Positions 27,607-39,674 of a stretch of DNA of 64,000 nucleotides are shown piece after piece. The position numbers were made by a program, and so were the translations under genes. Origin of the DNA: Octopus vulgaris (lineage: Eukaryota); NCBI GenBank assembly GCA_951406725.2, contig OX597819.1, positions 105,276,001-105,340,000 of the forward strand, written 5' to 3'. The notes beneath the pieces are model-generated. The model was not told where the DNA came from and did not search any database. It saw only the letters and a program-made list of their open reading frames with translations. Position 1 is the first letter of the stretch; each line of letters opens with the position of its first letter.

Positions 27607-27780
27607 CTTGTAAAAATTAAACACAAGATCCAGTTCACAAACATTGTGGAAGTATTCATTCAAAACTTCTACAAAGTTATGGATCGCCTCTAGGTATACG
27701 AGATTGTTGTCGCTCACATCAACACATATACAAAAGTACAAGCCTGCGTAGCGGCGGTACACAATTTTGAAGTTTCGAAA
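27607..27780 (-). CDS. AP2S1: AP2S1 coding exon 3 (174 nt)
   Basis: Acceptor CATTTCTTAG, donor AAG|GTAAAG. Translates to [58 protein letters not shown], with the adaptin small-chain signature YRRYAGLYF. Confidence 0.98.
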
Positions 27781-29885
27781 CTAAGAAATGAAGAGAGAAG
27801 AAAAAAAATTTAGTCAAGAGTTATTTTATTTAGAAGCAATAATAGAAAGTTAATTTAGTTGTGAAGCAATGACAGAAAGCTACTTTATAAGAGAATATCA
27901 TAATCACTATATTGTAACTTGTATGATGTTGTATATTCATCAATTACAGGTATATTCTAATTGAACCTTTGATATAAAATGAAGCTAAAATTAATTATGT
28001 AATAAATATATAAAATATATGTTGGGTGTTTTGGTTCAAGCAATAAACTATTTTGTACAAAATGTTATTTAATACAATTTTGGTAACATTTTTAAAGATT
28101 AAAAAATTTAGAAAATGTGAAGACAAACTCGTAATTAACATCTAAGATTCATTAAGAAAAAAGTTAATTTAGTCGACCAGTGATATTTTGTAATGTTGTA
28201 TATAAACATTGATTGAAAAAGGAGAAAATATGTTGAGCTGGTGGTTGTGACATTCATGTCTCTCCTGAAGAAATTATTGTTTTTGAGGCAATCCCAAGGA
28301 AAGAAAACAGTGCAAGAAACAGAAAGAATTTGTATTAGGATAAGGAAAATAATTTAAAAGGAAGAAAAGTTCTCTTTATAAACAATCTTAAATATGTAAG
28401 ATCAGATTCACCAGATTGTTAGCTGAAACCCTCACAGTGTCATGTTGTTTCATGATACAAAACATTACTGGGTCTAGTTCAGAAAGCTAAGAATTGCTAT
28501 TAAACACTGGATGGCTCTGACTGGTCTCAATGATTTAAGGAAATGCTTATCCAAGTAGAGTGTAAAGTGGTTGAGTATTCCAAAGACAGTAGTATTTTTA
28601 ATGCAATCTTGAAGCAGAGTAAGTGTGATACTATATATGACAGGGTACATTTCATTTGACAGATTTCCACACATTTTCTACCTAATTTCATTTACACAAG
28701 GCTATGAGAGAAGATGCCTACTCCAGGACTGCCAAGTGGAGAATTGAATCTAGAATCTCCTTATTGAGAGCTGAACTTCTTTACCATTCAGCCTCTGTTG
28801 TGTAGTATACACTACAAAAAATTCTTTTCTAATACTTCGGAGTAGCACTTCAAAATAACCATTGTCTAAAGACTAATTGATAATAGGTAAGACAAAATAT
28901 TTCAAAAGTAAGGGAGGTAACTGTGTTATGTCATAAATATGAGTAATTTTTTACCTATCACATTTATAACATCGTTTAATGGTATCGTTTAATCGACACA
29001 GTTACCTCCCTTATTGAGAGGTTGAGAGAAGTAGGGAGAGGTGAAAGCTTAAGATAAAGACCAGGTCAGAAAGGATCAGATTTCAGCCCGTGATCATCAT
29101 CTAGAATATTTTCACCCTTCCTCCATCTACATTTCTCACTCTCTCCATACACCCTTACAACTGACATTTTGTCACCACCATCTTTATCTCTTTCCAGCCG
29201 TACACTCTTTACTCTTACCCATTTTTGAACAATGTGATCAGCCTTGTATCTCCTCTACAGCAAAAAAACTATTTTAACTCCTTTCTTCATAATCTATCTA
29301 ACCTTTCAGCACCTAACATAAAGCTGCCTCCTCTCTACTGTAGCCCCACTCAGTAGATGGGGATCTTAACCTTGCAAGCTATATGGCAACATCACTAGTG
29401 CAGGTACCACGAAAAAAAGACCCAGTACACCCTGTAAATTGATTGGCATTAGGAAATAGTGTCCAACTATAGAAAACGTGCCAAAACAAACATTGGATCA
29501 TGGCACATAGCCCTGGCTCACTGGATCCTGTCAAATCATCTGACACATGATAGCATGGAAGATGAAGGTTGAAAATGTGGATGATGATGATAAATGTGTC
29601 TTTTCTAAATGAGTTTTCCTAGTGATCAATGGAGATATATTAATATCAGATGGTAGATCAGTACTTTTCTGTGGGGAATTCTTGAGTCTTAAAGGATGTT
29701 GACAGTTGAATGTTGGTGCAGGAGTAGCTGTGTGATAAGAAGCTTGCTTCCCAACTACATGGTTCTGAGTTCAGTCCCACTGAGTGGCACCTTGGGCAGG
29801 TGTCTTCTACTATAGTCTTGGGCTGACCAAAGACTTGTGAGTGAATTTGGTAGATGGAAACTGAAAGAATCTTGTCATATCAACA

Positions 29886-32645
29886 TCATCATCATCGTTT
29901 AATGTCAGCTTTCCATGCTGGCATAGGTTGGATGGTTTGACTGAGGACTAATGCCAACCAATCCAAGAGGGTAGTGGGTGCTTTTTACGTGCCACTGGCA
30001 TGGGAGCCAGTAAGACAGCACTGGCACCGACCATGCTTGAATGGTGCTTTTTACATGCCAGTCAGGCAGCACTAGCATTGGTCACACTTAAATGGTGCTT
30101 TTTACATGCCGTCAGTTAGGTGGCACTGGTATCAGCCACACTCAGATGGTGTTTTTTATGTACCACTGGCACGGGAGCCAGTCAAGCAGCACTGGCATCG
30201 GCCAAGACTATGAATTCACTTGGTTCAACAGGTCTTCACAAATACAGCATATTGCCTGATGATTGAAGAGTGCTTTTAAATGGGCCAGTTATGTGACATT
30301 GTCATCAGCCATGGCTATGATCTCACTTGGCTTGCTGGGTCTTCTCAAGCACAGCACATCTCCATAGGTCTCGGTCACTTGCCATTGCTTCTGTGAGGCC
30401 CAATGTTTGAAGCTCATGCTTCACCACCTTATCCCATGTTTTCCTCTTCCACAGGTTCCCTCCACACAACTGTCCTCATCAACATACAACACATGACCAT
30501 ACCAGCACAGTTGTCTCTCTTGCACCCCATATCTGATGGTTCTTGTGTCCAACTTTTCTCTCAGGGTGCTTACACTCTGTCATGTACGCACATTGATATT
30601 ACACAACTAGCAGAGCGTACTAACTTAATTTCTTTCAAGCCTATGCATGTCCTCAGCAGTCACAACCTATGTTTCATTGTTGTGTAGCATTGCTGTTCGC
30701 ACACAGGCATCTTACAGGCTACCTTTCATTCTGAGCAAGAGGCCCTTTGTTACTAGCAGAGGTAGGACCTCTCTGAACTTTGCCCAGGCTATTCTTATCC
30801 TAGCAGCTATGCTCTCAAAGCATCCACTCCTGCTACTGACTTGGTCACCTAGGTAATGGAAGCTATCAACTACTACTAGTTTTTCTCCCTGGCATGTGAC
30901 GAAATCTATTTTCTGTACATCTTCGTTGTTTATTGCACTTGTGCATCTGCCACACACAAAAACTATCTTACCCAGTTAACCTTCCTTTGATATTGCTGCA
31001 CCTCTTATGTGTCCTTAGGTTACACCAGGTACATCTAAGGAGTTTCTACCTACACCTTTTCTACAGATCAAGCTGAGCCATCTACCTGAAGGGATGTGTG
31101 ATTGTGATTTGTCTGCCTTCCTACTCACTAAGACTTTGATTTTTGCTAGATTGACTCTAAGGCTCTTTGCTTCCACACCTGAAACTTCTCTAGTTCTGGT
31201 AGTGACTCAGCTATTAGAGCAAAGTTATCAGCATGGAAGAGCTCCCATGGGCAGCTTGTCTTGAATTCCTCTGTTATTGCCTAGAAGACTATGATGAATA
31301 AAAGGGGGCTGAGAACTGATCCTTAGTGAACCCCAACTTCTACCTGGAATTCTTCACTATACTCATTGCCAACCCTCACGTTGTTGACAGCATTCCTGTA
31401 CATGGCTTGTACAACTCTTAACAACCACTCATCTATCTCTAGTTTCTGCACTGACCTCTGGATATGGGATTGGGGGAGCCTGTCAAAGGCTTTCTCCATG
31501 TCAACAAAAGCCAAGTAAAGAGGTTTATCTTTGGTTAGGAATTTCTCCTGTAGCTGCCTTACCAGAAATATAGCATCAGTGGTGCTTCTCCTCAGCACAA
31601 ACATAAACTGCATCTCATTTAAACTATCTCTCTCTCTAATTAGTTGGGCTATGACCCTCTCCTTGACTTTCATCACCTGATCCAACAATTTGAAACCTCT
31701 GTAATTATTTCTATCTAATGCATCACCTTGCCTTTGCAACAGTTGACTATGGTGCTGCTAGACCAGTCATTGAGTATGACTCCTTTGTGTATCACCTGGT
31801 TAATTATAAGGGTGACTAGACAATAGTCTACACTGTCAGATATTTTAAGCATCTCAGAACTTAGCAGTGATTCCTGATGGGCTGGGAGTGCTTTCCCTGT
31901 CTTCATACCCTTAACTACTTTATCTGCCAAGGTACTGTCAATTTGAATAGCTGGTCCCTCTGTTGGGTCAACATTTGGCAGTTTCTCTTTCTCGTATTCA
32001 TTCTCTTCATTTAGCAACCTTTCATAGTGGCATCTCCAAGTCTCTCTCTTTGCAGCATCATTAAATGCAAGTGAGCCATCATCCATGCAGACACATTTCT
32101 CAATGACATTGCGATTTTCTCTCACACACTGTCTTGTAATTTGAAACACTTCAAGTCTCTGGTCCTCATGATGCAGAACATTGGCAAATTTTTTTCTTAT
32201 CTTCTTCCCCTCTGACTAAGTAAATCTGTCTCCTAGCTTCCCTTCTGGCAATCTGATACAGTTCCCTGCTACCACTATACTTCCAGTCCTTCCATGCCTC
32301 TTTCTTTTACCTAATGGCCCTGTCAACTACATTGTTCCACCACCATGTTACCTTAGGTCAGGAAGGAACTTTGCACAAGCCACAGATCTGGTCAGCAGCC
32401 TTCAACAAGTTGTCCCATAGGAAACTCTAGTTGTCCTCCACATTATGTGATGCTATATCCTCCGCTTTTTCATCAAAAGCTTCAAGTAATACGTCTCTAA
32501 GTCTCTTTCCATTCCAAAGATCTTTAAGCTTCCATACGAGAATGTAGTCAATCTGACTAGTGTACCCACCAGACTGGTAGGTGAACAAGTGACTAGCAGG
32601 TTGCCTGAAGTTAGTGTTACAGATCATAAGATCATTTGCATCATC
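29886..32645 (-). mobile_element. 5'-truncated, decayed RTE-clade LINE in AP2S1 intron 2
   Basis: Endonuclease end (ICNTNF..SQIDYILV), RT (NYRGFKLL, STTDAIFLVRQLQEK..AFVDMEKAFDR, VGVH*GSVLSP, HADN), DSFHYLGD..ARIRIAWAKFRE, then the 3'UTR and (GAT)n tail. Many frameshifts. Confidence 0.92.
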
Positions 32646-32905
32646 TTTTAGCATCTGTTTTCCACACTGGCATGGGTTATATGGTTTGACTGGAACTGCT
32701 AAGCCAGAGAGCTGTGCCAGGCTCCAGTCTGATTTTGGCTTGGTTTCTAAGGCTGGATGCCCTTCCTAATGCCAACCACTCCAAGAGTGTAGTGAGTGCC
32801 TTTTATGAACCACTGCCATGGGTGTCTTTTGTGTGTCACCATCACAGGAGCCCTTGATGTGTCACTGTCACAGGTGCCTTTTATGTGTCACCGACACTGT
32901 CCATG
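32640..32905 (-). mobile_element. Second RTE tail abutting the truncated 5' end of the LINE
   Basis: GGCTGGATGCCCTTCCTAATGCCAACCACTCC and tandem units, in the same orientation. Older tails also at about 29330-29592(+) and 33545-33710(-). Confidence 0.7.
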
Positions 32906-33872
32906 ATAGTCTATACATTAATGATCCAGTATTTAGAAACTGCACAAAAACATACACTGGCTTTGATGTCACTTTCAGATGGAGATCCATGGTATTCAAC
33001 TTATTGACAGTAGATGGTAAATGATAATGATGAATAACACCTTGGATACACTGCAGTGGCTTTTTTAAATCATTCTCTTTAATGACTTAGTAAGAGGCAA
33101 AAGGGCGACAGCCATGACCCATTTCAAGGTCTCCAAGATTAGTAAGAAGAATTTATCCTCAGATCATAAACCTCGCTTCAATTCAAAGTCAAGTGGGGGT
33201 GTTAAACTGGGTGATAGAAGTAGTTGATTGTCATCTAATAACAGTGATCCTGTTATTTCAATTGACACAAGTTAAAACCACAGATCTGAGACTGGGGGTT
33301 CAAACCTTGCTATCATGTTTTTAGTCAATTTATTTTCATAAATCTAATGGAAAACCTAGGATCATTCTCACTTAATAGTTGATGGGTACAAACACATGTA
33401 CACAATAGCTGAGTATTTAAACTAATCAAAGAGTGAAACCCCAAAACAAATATTATTTGCATTAATCTGCCACACCACAAAATAGTAATCACCCTCTCAT
33501 TATGAATAAAGGTAGAGGAGCTAGTGACAAGCTGAATAATACTTTCATCATCATCATTATTGTCATCATCTTATCTGCACTTTCCATGTTACCATGGGTT
33601 GGAGGACCACAACTTGCTCCAATGTTTCTACAGCTGAATGCCCTTCCTAACCCCAAACACTTTGCAGAATATACTGGGTGCATTCTTTGTGGTATCAGCA
33701 CTATCTAGATTGTTGTATTCTTCATGACAATCTCTGTAACATTTTTAATAATTATTTAAACTTACACACCCATCCAACTAGTATCTTGTTTAGAAAATCA
33801 ATAATTACAAAAGTCAAAATATTTGAGGTAAGGAAATAAAGAAGAGAATTAAATAATTAAAAATAATTATAC

Positions 33873-34022
33873 CTCCACAAAGTTTGTATGTTTAGCATCT
33901 CTGACGGTAACCACAGCATGCACTTCCTCAATCAGCTTTTGCTTTTCATCATCATCAAAGTGCATGTACCATTTGGCTAAACGGGTTTTACCAGCTCTGT
34001 TCTGGATTAGAATGAAACGAAT
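33873..34022 (-). CDS. AP2S1: AP2S1 coding exon 2 (150 nt)
   Basis: Acceptor TTTTTTCTTGCAG, donor GAG|GTATAA. Translates to [50 protein letters not shown], the N-terminus of AP-2 sigma including Arg15. Confidence 0.98.
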
Positions 34023-34454
34023 CTGCAAGAAAAAAGAAAAATCCAGTTTGGATGAGAAGCATTAGAATATATTTTTGACATCATGAGGACCATTTTGTCT
34101 CAACACTTAATCAGATCATCTGTAATATGATGTTGTACATTTTAGGGTCAGCTGTCATCCACAAATGAGTATGGTTTGATAACATGTATCATGCTTTTGC
34201 GAACTGTCTCGGGTACCTATGTAACCATGAGCAGAGATAAATACTCTTTTGACTTTCCCACTTTTTGACCTAATAACACATCTAGGAAGGACAGAGAGCT
34301 GCACCAGCATTTGGCTAGTACTCATTTTTGGAGGAGCAAAGAGAAATGAAATGCCTTGCTCAAAGACATATTGCACATTATCACACATATGTACAACTAT
34401 TTAGGTTTCTGCTTAATTAAAAATGAAAATGATTTGGTAGCTGAATGACATCTA

Positions 34455-34828
34455 ACTTTTATCTTTTACTTGTTTCAGTCTGCAGTCATGTTGAGGCACT
34501 GTCTTGAATAATTTTTGGTTGAATGAACCAATTCCAGTACTACATTTTATTTTAAGCCTGATACTAATTTTATTGGTCTTTTTTGCTGAACTCCTAAGTT
34601 ACTGAGTTGTCGGGTGGTGGTTGGGGGACAAAACACAGGCACTAAGACACACACACATATAAGTATATATGTGATAGGCTTCTTTCAGTTTCTGTCTACC
34701 AAATCCACTCACAAGGAATTGATTGGCCAAGGCTGAAGTGGCAGACACTTGCACACGGTACCACACAGTGGGACCAAACCTGGAACTATGTGGATGGGAA
34801 GCAAACTTCTTACCACACAGCCAAGTAT
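34455..34828 (-). mobile_element. SINE family A in AP2S1 intron 1
   Basis: Reverse complement of the family A consensus. Diverged plus-strand copies at about 35295-35470 and 36968-37270. Confidence 0.8.
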
Positions 34829-37800
34829 CCGCAGAAACAAGGTGACCCTGGTCAATGTCAACATGATTCAATCATCCAACATATTTTGAGTTTCATCATT
34901 GATTATTATTTAATTGATTCTTCAAACAAAATTTTACATCTACCAAAATGCTTGTCAAAGCTTCTGATGGCGATTCTCATTCAGTTTAATCTTTCACTTC
35001 AGACCTGCTCAGCTTGGTTACACCTACCATGAGTAAAACTCATGATGGTATAGAGTTGTAGGACATGCAAGTGTCACTACCAAGATTAAGATGAGAATCA
35101 TTGGCGGGGTAAATAAAATAGCTTTGAGCAAAACACAGGTAAGGGATGAGATAATTTAGATTTTGGGTAGTGTGTGTGTGTATGCTGAATTATTTTTAAA
35201 AATAAAGGTAGAAATCTGTTTAAGTGTATATGATATAGAAGGAGCAAGACCTTGTGAGTGGATTCGATAGTTGGGAACTGAAATAAGCCTATTGTATGGT
35301 TGTGTAGTTAAGAAGTTTCCTTTAGAGTCAGATGGTTAGGGATCCCATTTCATTACGTGGACACTGTTGGTTAGTGTTCACTATTAATACTACAGCAGCA
35401 GGTCGATCAATACTTCGTGAGTGAAACTGGTAGATGGAAACTGAAGGAACATTATTGTATATATGTATATGTGTAAGTGAGTCTGTATTTTCCTTCATCT
35501 TCACATGATTGCAAAGAAGAGCCTCATTGTCGATGCTGCGTCACTTAATTGCAGTCCATTGCAAAGGCATGTTTGGGTTTCTTGACACTGCACACTATTT
35601 GTAAACAATAGCCTCACCATTCATACAAAGTGTTGTTTGGTTGTAGACCTCTGCAAAAAGCATGCCTGGGCTGTTCATTATGTGATAGACTAAGGGATAA
35701 CCTTGCTTGGAAACAGATGCGGGTTGGCATCAGGATGTGTGTTCAACCATAGAAAACTCTACCTCAATGTTGTCATCTCTGACTCATACAAGCAAAAAAT
35801 ACAGAAAGTCATACATGTGCATGTGTGTGTAGGCATGTGTACCTGTGTATTTGTTTACAGTTGTGCTCCACTGAAAATTGTTCAGCTATGGGCTGTGATG
35901 ATTTACTATGTCATCTGCTGGCTTTGCACCTTTGAAAACTGTTGGGATAAAATACCTCTTACTTGAAATATAGGTAAGGGTTAGTGACAAGAAGGGCATC
36001 TGGCTCTAAAACAATGTCTCAATAATATATTTGCCTAATCTATGCTAGCATAGAAAAAAAAAAACAGATGGAGAATGAATTGAATGAACATTAGTGCTGT
36101 AAGTTTAGACATTGTGCATTATACAAATTTTAGAGTACCAGCTAATTTATTACTTTTATGATAGCCAGGAGGAGGAAAAATATCACCCAGATGACATTTA
36201 CTAGAGCCTTTCAAGACTGGAGTCCTTGCCAGAATGCTTGTAAGAGACTGAACTCTCTTAAAGGGTCCCAAGAATTAGGTGGGTGATTTAAGTGGCTGAT
36301 GTTCCAAAAACAGGAACAGGGCTCCAATACACTTCCTGTTGACCACATGTCAATCACTAGGCTATGGTTGACCTAGTATTGTGAAATGAAACTGAAAATG
36401 AAGCCACTCATGGGTGAAAGAAACTTCTTATTACACAGCTATGCTTGTATTCTGTTTGATGAAGTTCACTAAACCATACACTTTGTAATTTAGAACTCTA
36501 TTTGGAGGATTTGGGAGGTTGGAACCTATACATTGCTTATCATCGGAAGGGTATGAATACTATAATTTCATCTTTCTGCTTCATCTATCACTAATACAAA
36601 AGCTTCTGCTCTTTTGAACAAGCCAGCTTGGATACTTTCATTAGATATTTCCTTACAGATGTACTTATCTCTTCAGTCAGAGAGGGCTTGTAAAGATCAA
36701 GGGCACTGCTCCAGCTGTGTGTGAACTCTGAAAGACATGTCAGACTAGAGAATAAAGTGATTGCTGAGAAAGAATGAGTGCTTGGCTAATAAAGGCAATC
36801 ACTGATATATGTACTGACCTTTGAAGAATACAATATAATGTTATTGCAGTGTCATGGGGGCTTCCTGGAAATGTGCAAGTACTGCTGCATTTTATTGCAG
36901 TTAAGGAAAGAACTAGGTGAAGGTGTAAAACCTTCAGAAAGCAATCAGTAATGTAAGTTGTATAACAAGGCATAGCTGTGTGGTCAAGAAGTTCACTTTT
37001 ACATGGTTTTGGGTTCAGTCCTACCGCACGCCACATTGGGCAAGTGCCTACTACTATAGTGCTGGAGCCGATCAATTTCTTGCTCGCGAATTTACTTGGT
37101 AGACGGAAATTGTGGAAGCGCGTGTCTTTGTACTTGCGGCCCACCCTCACCGCTTTACAACCGGTAAAATATATCGTTAGATAAGTACTGGGGGCGATTT
37201 GTTCGAGTGAGCCAATGACGCGATTCTGAAGTACGGCCTTGTAGCGTTAGACCAATTATTGAAACAGAATTGTCACTTTAATCCTGGTGATTGAGTTGGG
37301 ACTCTCCAAGGTTTGGAACTAGTGGCCGATCGATGACGTTACATTCGGAAGTTGGTCAATACACTCCTTCGTTTTTCCGAAGAATTTGCTATATTAATTG
37401 AATATTGTTTCTCGTGTGGCAACAGTATATCAGGTCAGTTTATGTAGGTATTAACAAAACAACGGTTTACATAAGTGCTGAGAATATGAGAGTATACACA
37501 CACAGAGTGAGAGGAAGTAATAAATGGTTAACAGGTAGATATTTAAAGGTTAAAGTAATTTACTACACACACATCTATACATCTTTCTCTAGATATATTT
37601 GTTCGAAGGTGATGATTTACAGCGCTGCTACTCAGAGTTTCTCGATATATATATAAATATATATATATGTATATATATATATTAGCAGAGAGGGAGAGAG
37701 AGAGAGAGCGTGGATCTTTTCACAGCTATTCAGCTGCGTTCGAGATTTCCTGAATTAATATTTATATATATAGTTATCAAGGAGAAAACAGATCATCTTG

Positions 37801-38008
37801 TACACTCATACAGGAATTCGTAGCTAGGGTAAGCCTCAACTACGGTAATATACAAAACCGTAGTGATCTGACAGCATGACTCGGTGTTAAGATCAAAACG
37901 GAGTTTAATCTACAATTATATATACAAATATTTACAGCTGTACAAATATCTTTATATATTTACATCAAAATAAAATAGATTTAAGAAAGGTAGAATATAT
38001 AAACTCAC

Positions 38009-38011
38009 CAT
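38009..38011 (-). CDS. AP2S1: AP2S1 coding exon 1 (start ATG only)
   Basis: The minus strand reads ATG|GTGAGT, a consensus donor. This supplies the Met missing from exon 2, as in the ATG-only first coding exon of vertebrate AP2S1. Promoter motifs lie 35-70 bp upstream. Confidence 0.85.
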
Positions 38012-38045
38012 TATGAAAATTATGCCTACCGCCCACTGACCGCAA

Positions 38046-38080
38046 TGCGCATGCGCAAATTTACAGAACCGACTTCCTGT
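38046..38080 (-). promoter_or_regulatory. AP2S1 promoter motifs: NRF1-type palindrome and ETS site
   Basis: Perfect TGCGCATGCGCA at 38046-38057 and ACAGGAAGT on the minus strand at 38072-38080, just upstream of the ATG exon. This is a typical housekeeping promoter pairing. Confidence 0.7.
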
Positions 38081-38699
38081 TAGAAACTCATTGATTGTGG
38101 AGTAGATATTTTACTATGGAAGGACATCATGCAATTAAAATCATTATTTCCAAATTAATGTTTACATTGCTACATGATATCACGATATCATGGTATAGTA
38201 TAGTGTAGTAAATAAAAATCACTAATTTTGTACTAATTTGTTTTACGATGTCCGTCTGCTGCAAAATGTATTATTTGTAGTCTATTAGTTATATTTTGAG
38301 AATATTTTCTTCCTCTTTTTCTTTTTTTTATTATTTCTTCGCTCAAGTTTGTTCGGTTTTTGATTTGTATTTTGATGTCTGTCAATTATCTAATTAAGTA
38401 CGTGTACCTTTTATGTATAAGAAACACACACTTTTATTTATGAAGCTATGTAACCACACACGTGCTTTTCTCAGACCATTCTTTTGTTTCTCTCCGGATA
38501 TTTCATCTCTCCTCTTTATACACACCCTCTTTCCATCTTAAAAGGAGCATTTACCATATACATTTTTTGTGTACGTCCTTTTGACTTTGTTGTTTTTGTT
38601 TTTATTTTCTATTTGCATGTATGTAAGTATATGTGTGTGTGTGTGTGTGGTCTAAGAGTTCATAAGTCAGAAAAAAATGCACTCGTATATCTGTCATTC

Positions 38700-39057
38700 T
38701 TTTACTCTCTTACTCTTTTACTTGTTTCAGTCATTTGACTGCGGCCATGCTGGAGCACCACCTTTAATCGAGCAGCTCGACCCCGGGACTTATTCTTTGT
38801 AAGCCCAGTACTTATTCTATCGGACTCTTTTGCCGAACCGCTAAGTGACGGGAACATAAACACACCAGCATCAGTTGTCAAGCAATGCTACGGGGACAAA
38901 CACACACACACATATATATACGACGGGCTTCTTTCAGTTTCCGTCTACCAAATCCACTCACAAGGCTCTGGTCGGCCCAGGGTGCTGCGCAGTGGGACTG
39001 AACCCGGAACCATGTGGTTAGTAAACAAGCTACTTACCACACAGCCACTCCTGCGCC
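38700..39057 (-). mobile_element. SINE family A, young, with a small internal deletion
   Basis: Nearly identical to 4903-5312 with CpGs intact. Another copy at 46870-47241(-) and a 3' half at 59590-59880(+). Confidence 0.9.
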
Positions 39058-39066
39058 TATTACAAA

Positions 39067-39253
39067 GTGTACAGTGTTATATATATCCATTACGGCTGAT
39101 CTTATCAATCGGTCTCAGGCTAGGGATTCAACGAACGGCTACCTCCGATGAGCGTAGGGTTACATAATCGGATTGTTACCTAACACTCCGTTGAATCTCT
39201 AACGCGAAACCGATTGATAAGATCGACCGTAATGGATATATAAAAATGTACAC
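39067..39253. repeat. Imperfect inverted repeat (about 65-bp arms) containing a degenerate hammerhead-like motif
   Basis: Arms 39067-39133 and 39189-39253. CCGATGA at 39145-39151, stem II GCGTAGGGTT / AATCTCTAACGC, then GAAACCGATT. Confidence 0.6.
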
Positions 39254-39440
39254 GTTGGATAGTGTGTGTGTGTGTGTAATGTCATATGTTTATTTTTGTC
39301 TTACACTTTCAGAAACTCATTTAGTCACAATGTGGAAAACAATATACTGGGGACCCGACCACACCATGCACTGACTAGCACTGGACTCACCAAATCGTCG
39401 CCAGCCTTGGACAATTGTCCAGTGTGCTCATGCCTTAAGG

Positions 39441-39674
39441 CAGTAGTCCCAACATTTTCTGTACCACGGACCGGTTTCATGCAAGACAATTTTTCAACGA
39501 ACGAGGCTCATAACACAATAAAGTGTACAATATATAACTTAATTCTTAATTAATGCAAAACACCCCACAGACTACGATTGACAATAGACTAGAAATAAAA
39601 TTAAATTTTTTTCTTTCTGTGCAAATTATCCACCGTTTGGTATTGGTCTTTGACCCGGTGGTTGGGGCCTGTTG
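39441..39674. mobile_element. hAT (Charlie-like) MITE with perfect 8-bp TSD
   Basis: TIR-like ends CAGTAGTCCCAAC / GTTGGGGCCTGTTG. CCTTAAGG at 39433-39440 and 39675-39682. Confidence 0.8.

Noticed and set aside
29960-30210. CRISPR-like repeat/spacer appearance
   Set aside because: The linkers are related to each other, the array is part of a LINE 3'UTR present in several copies, there are no cas genes, and the context is eukaryotic.
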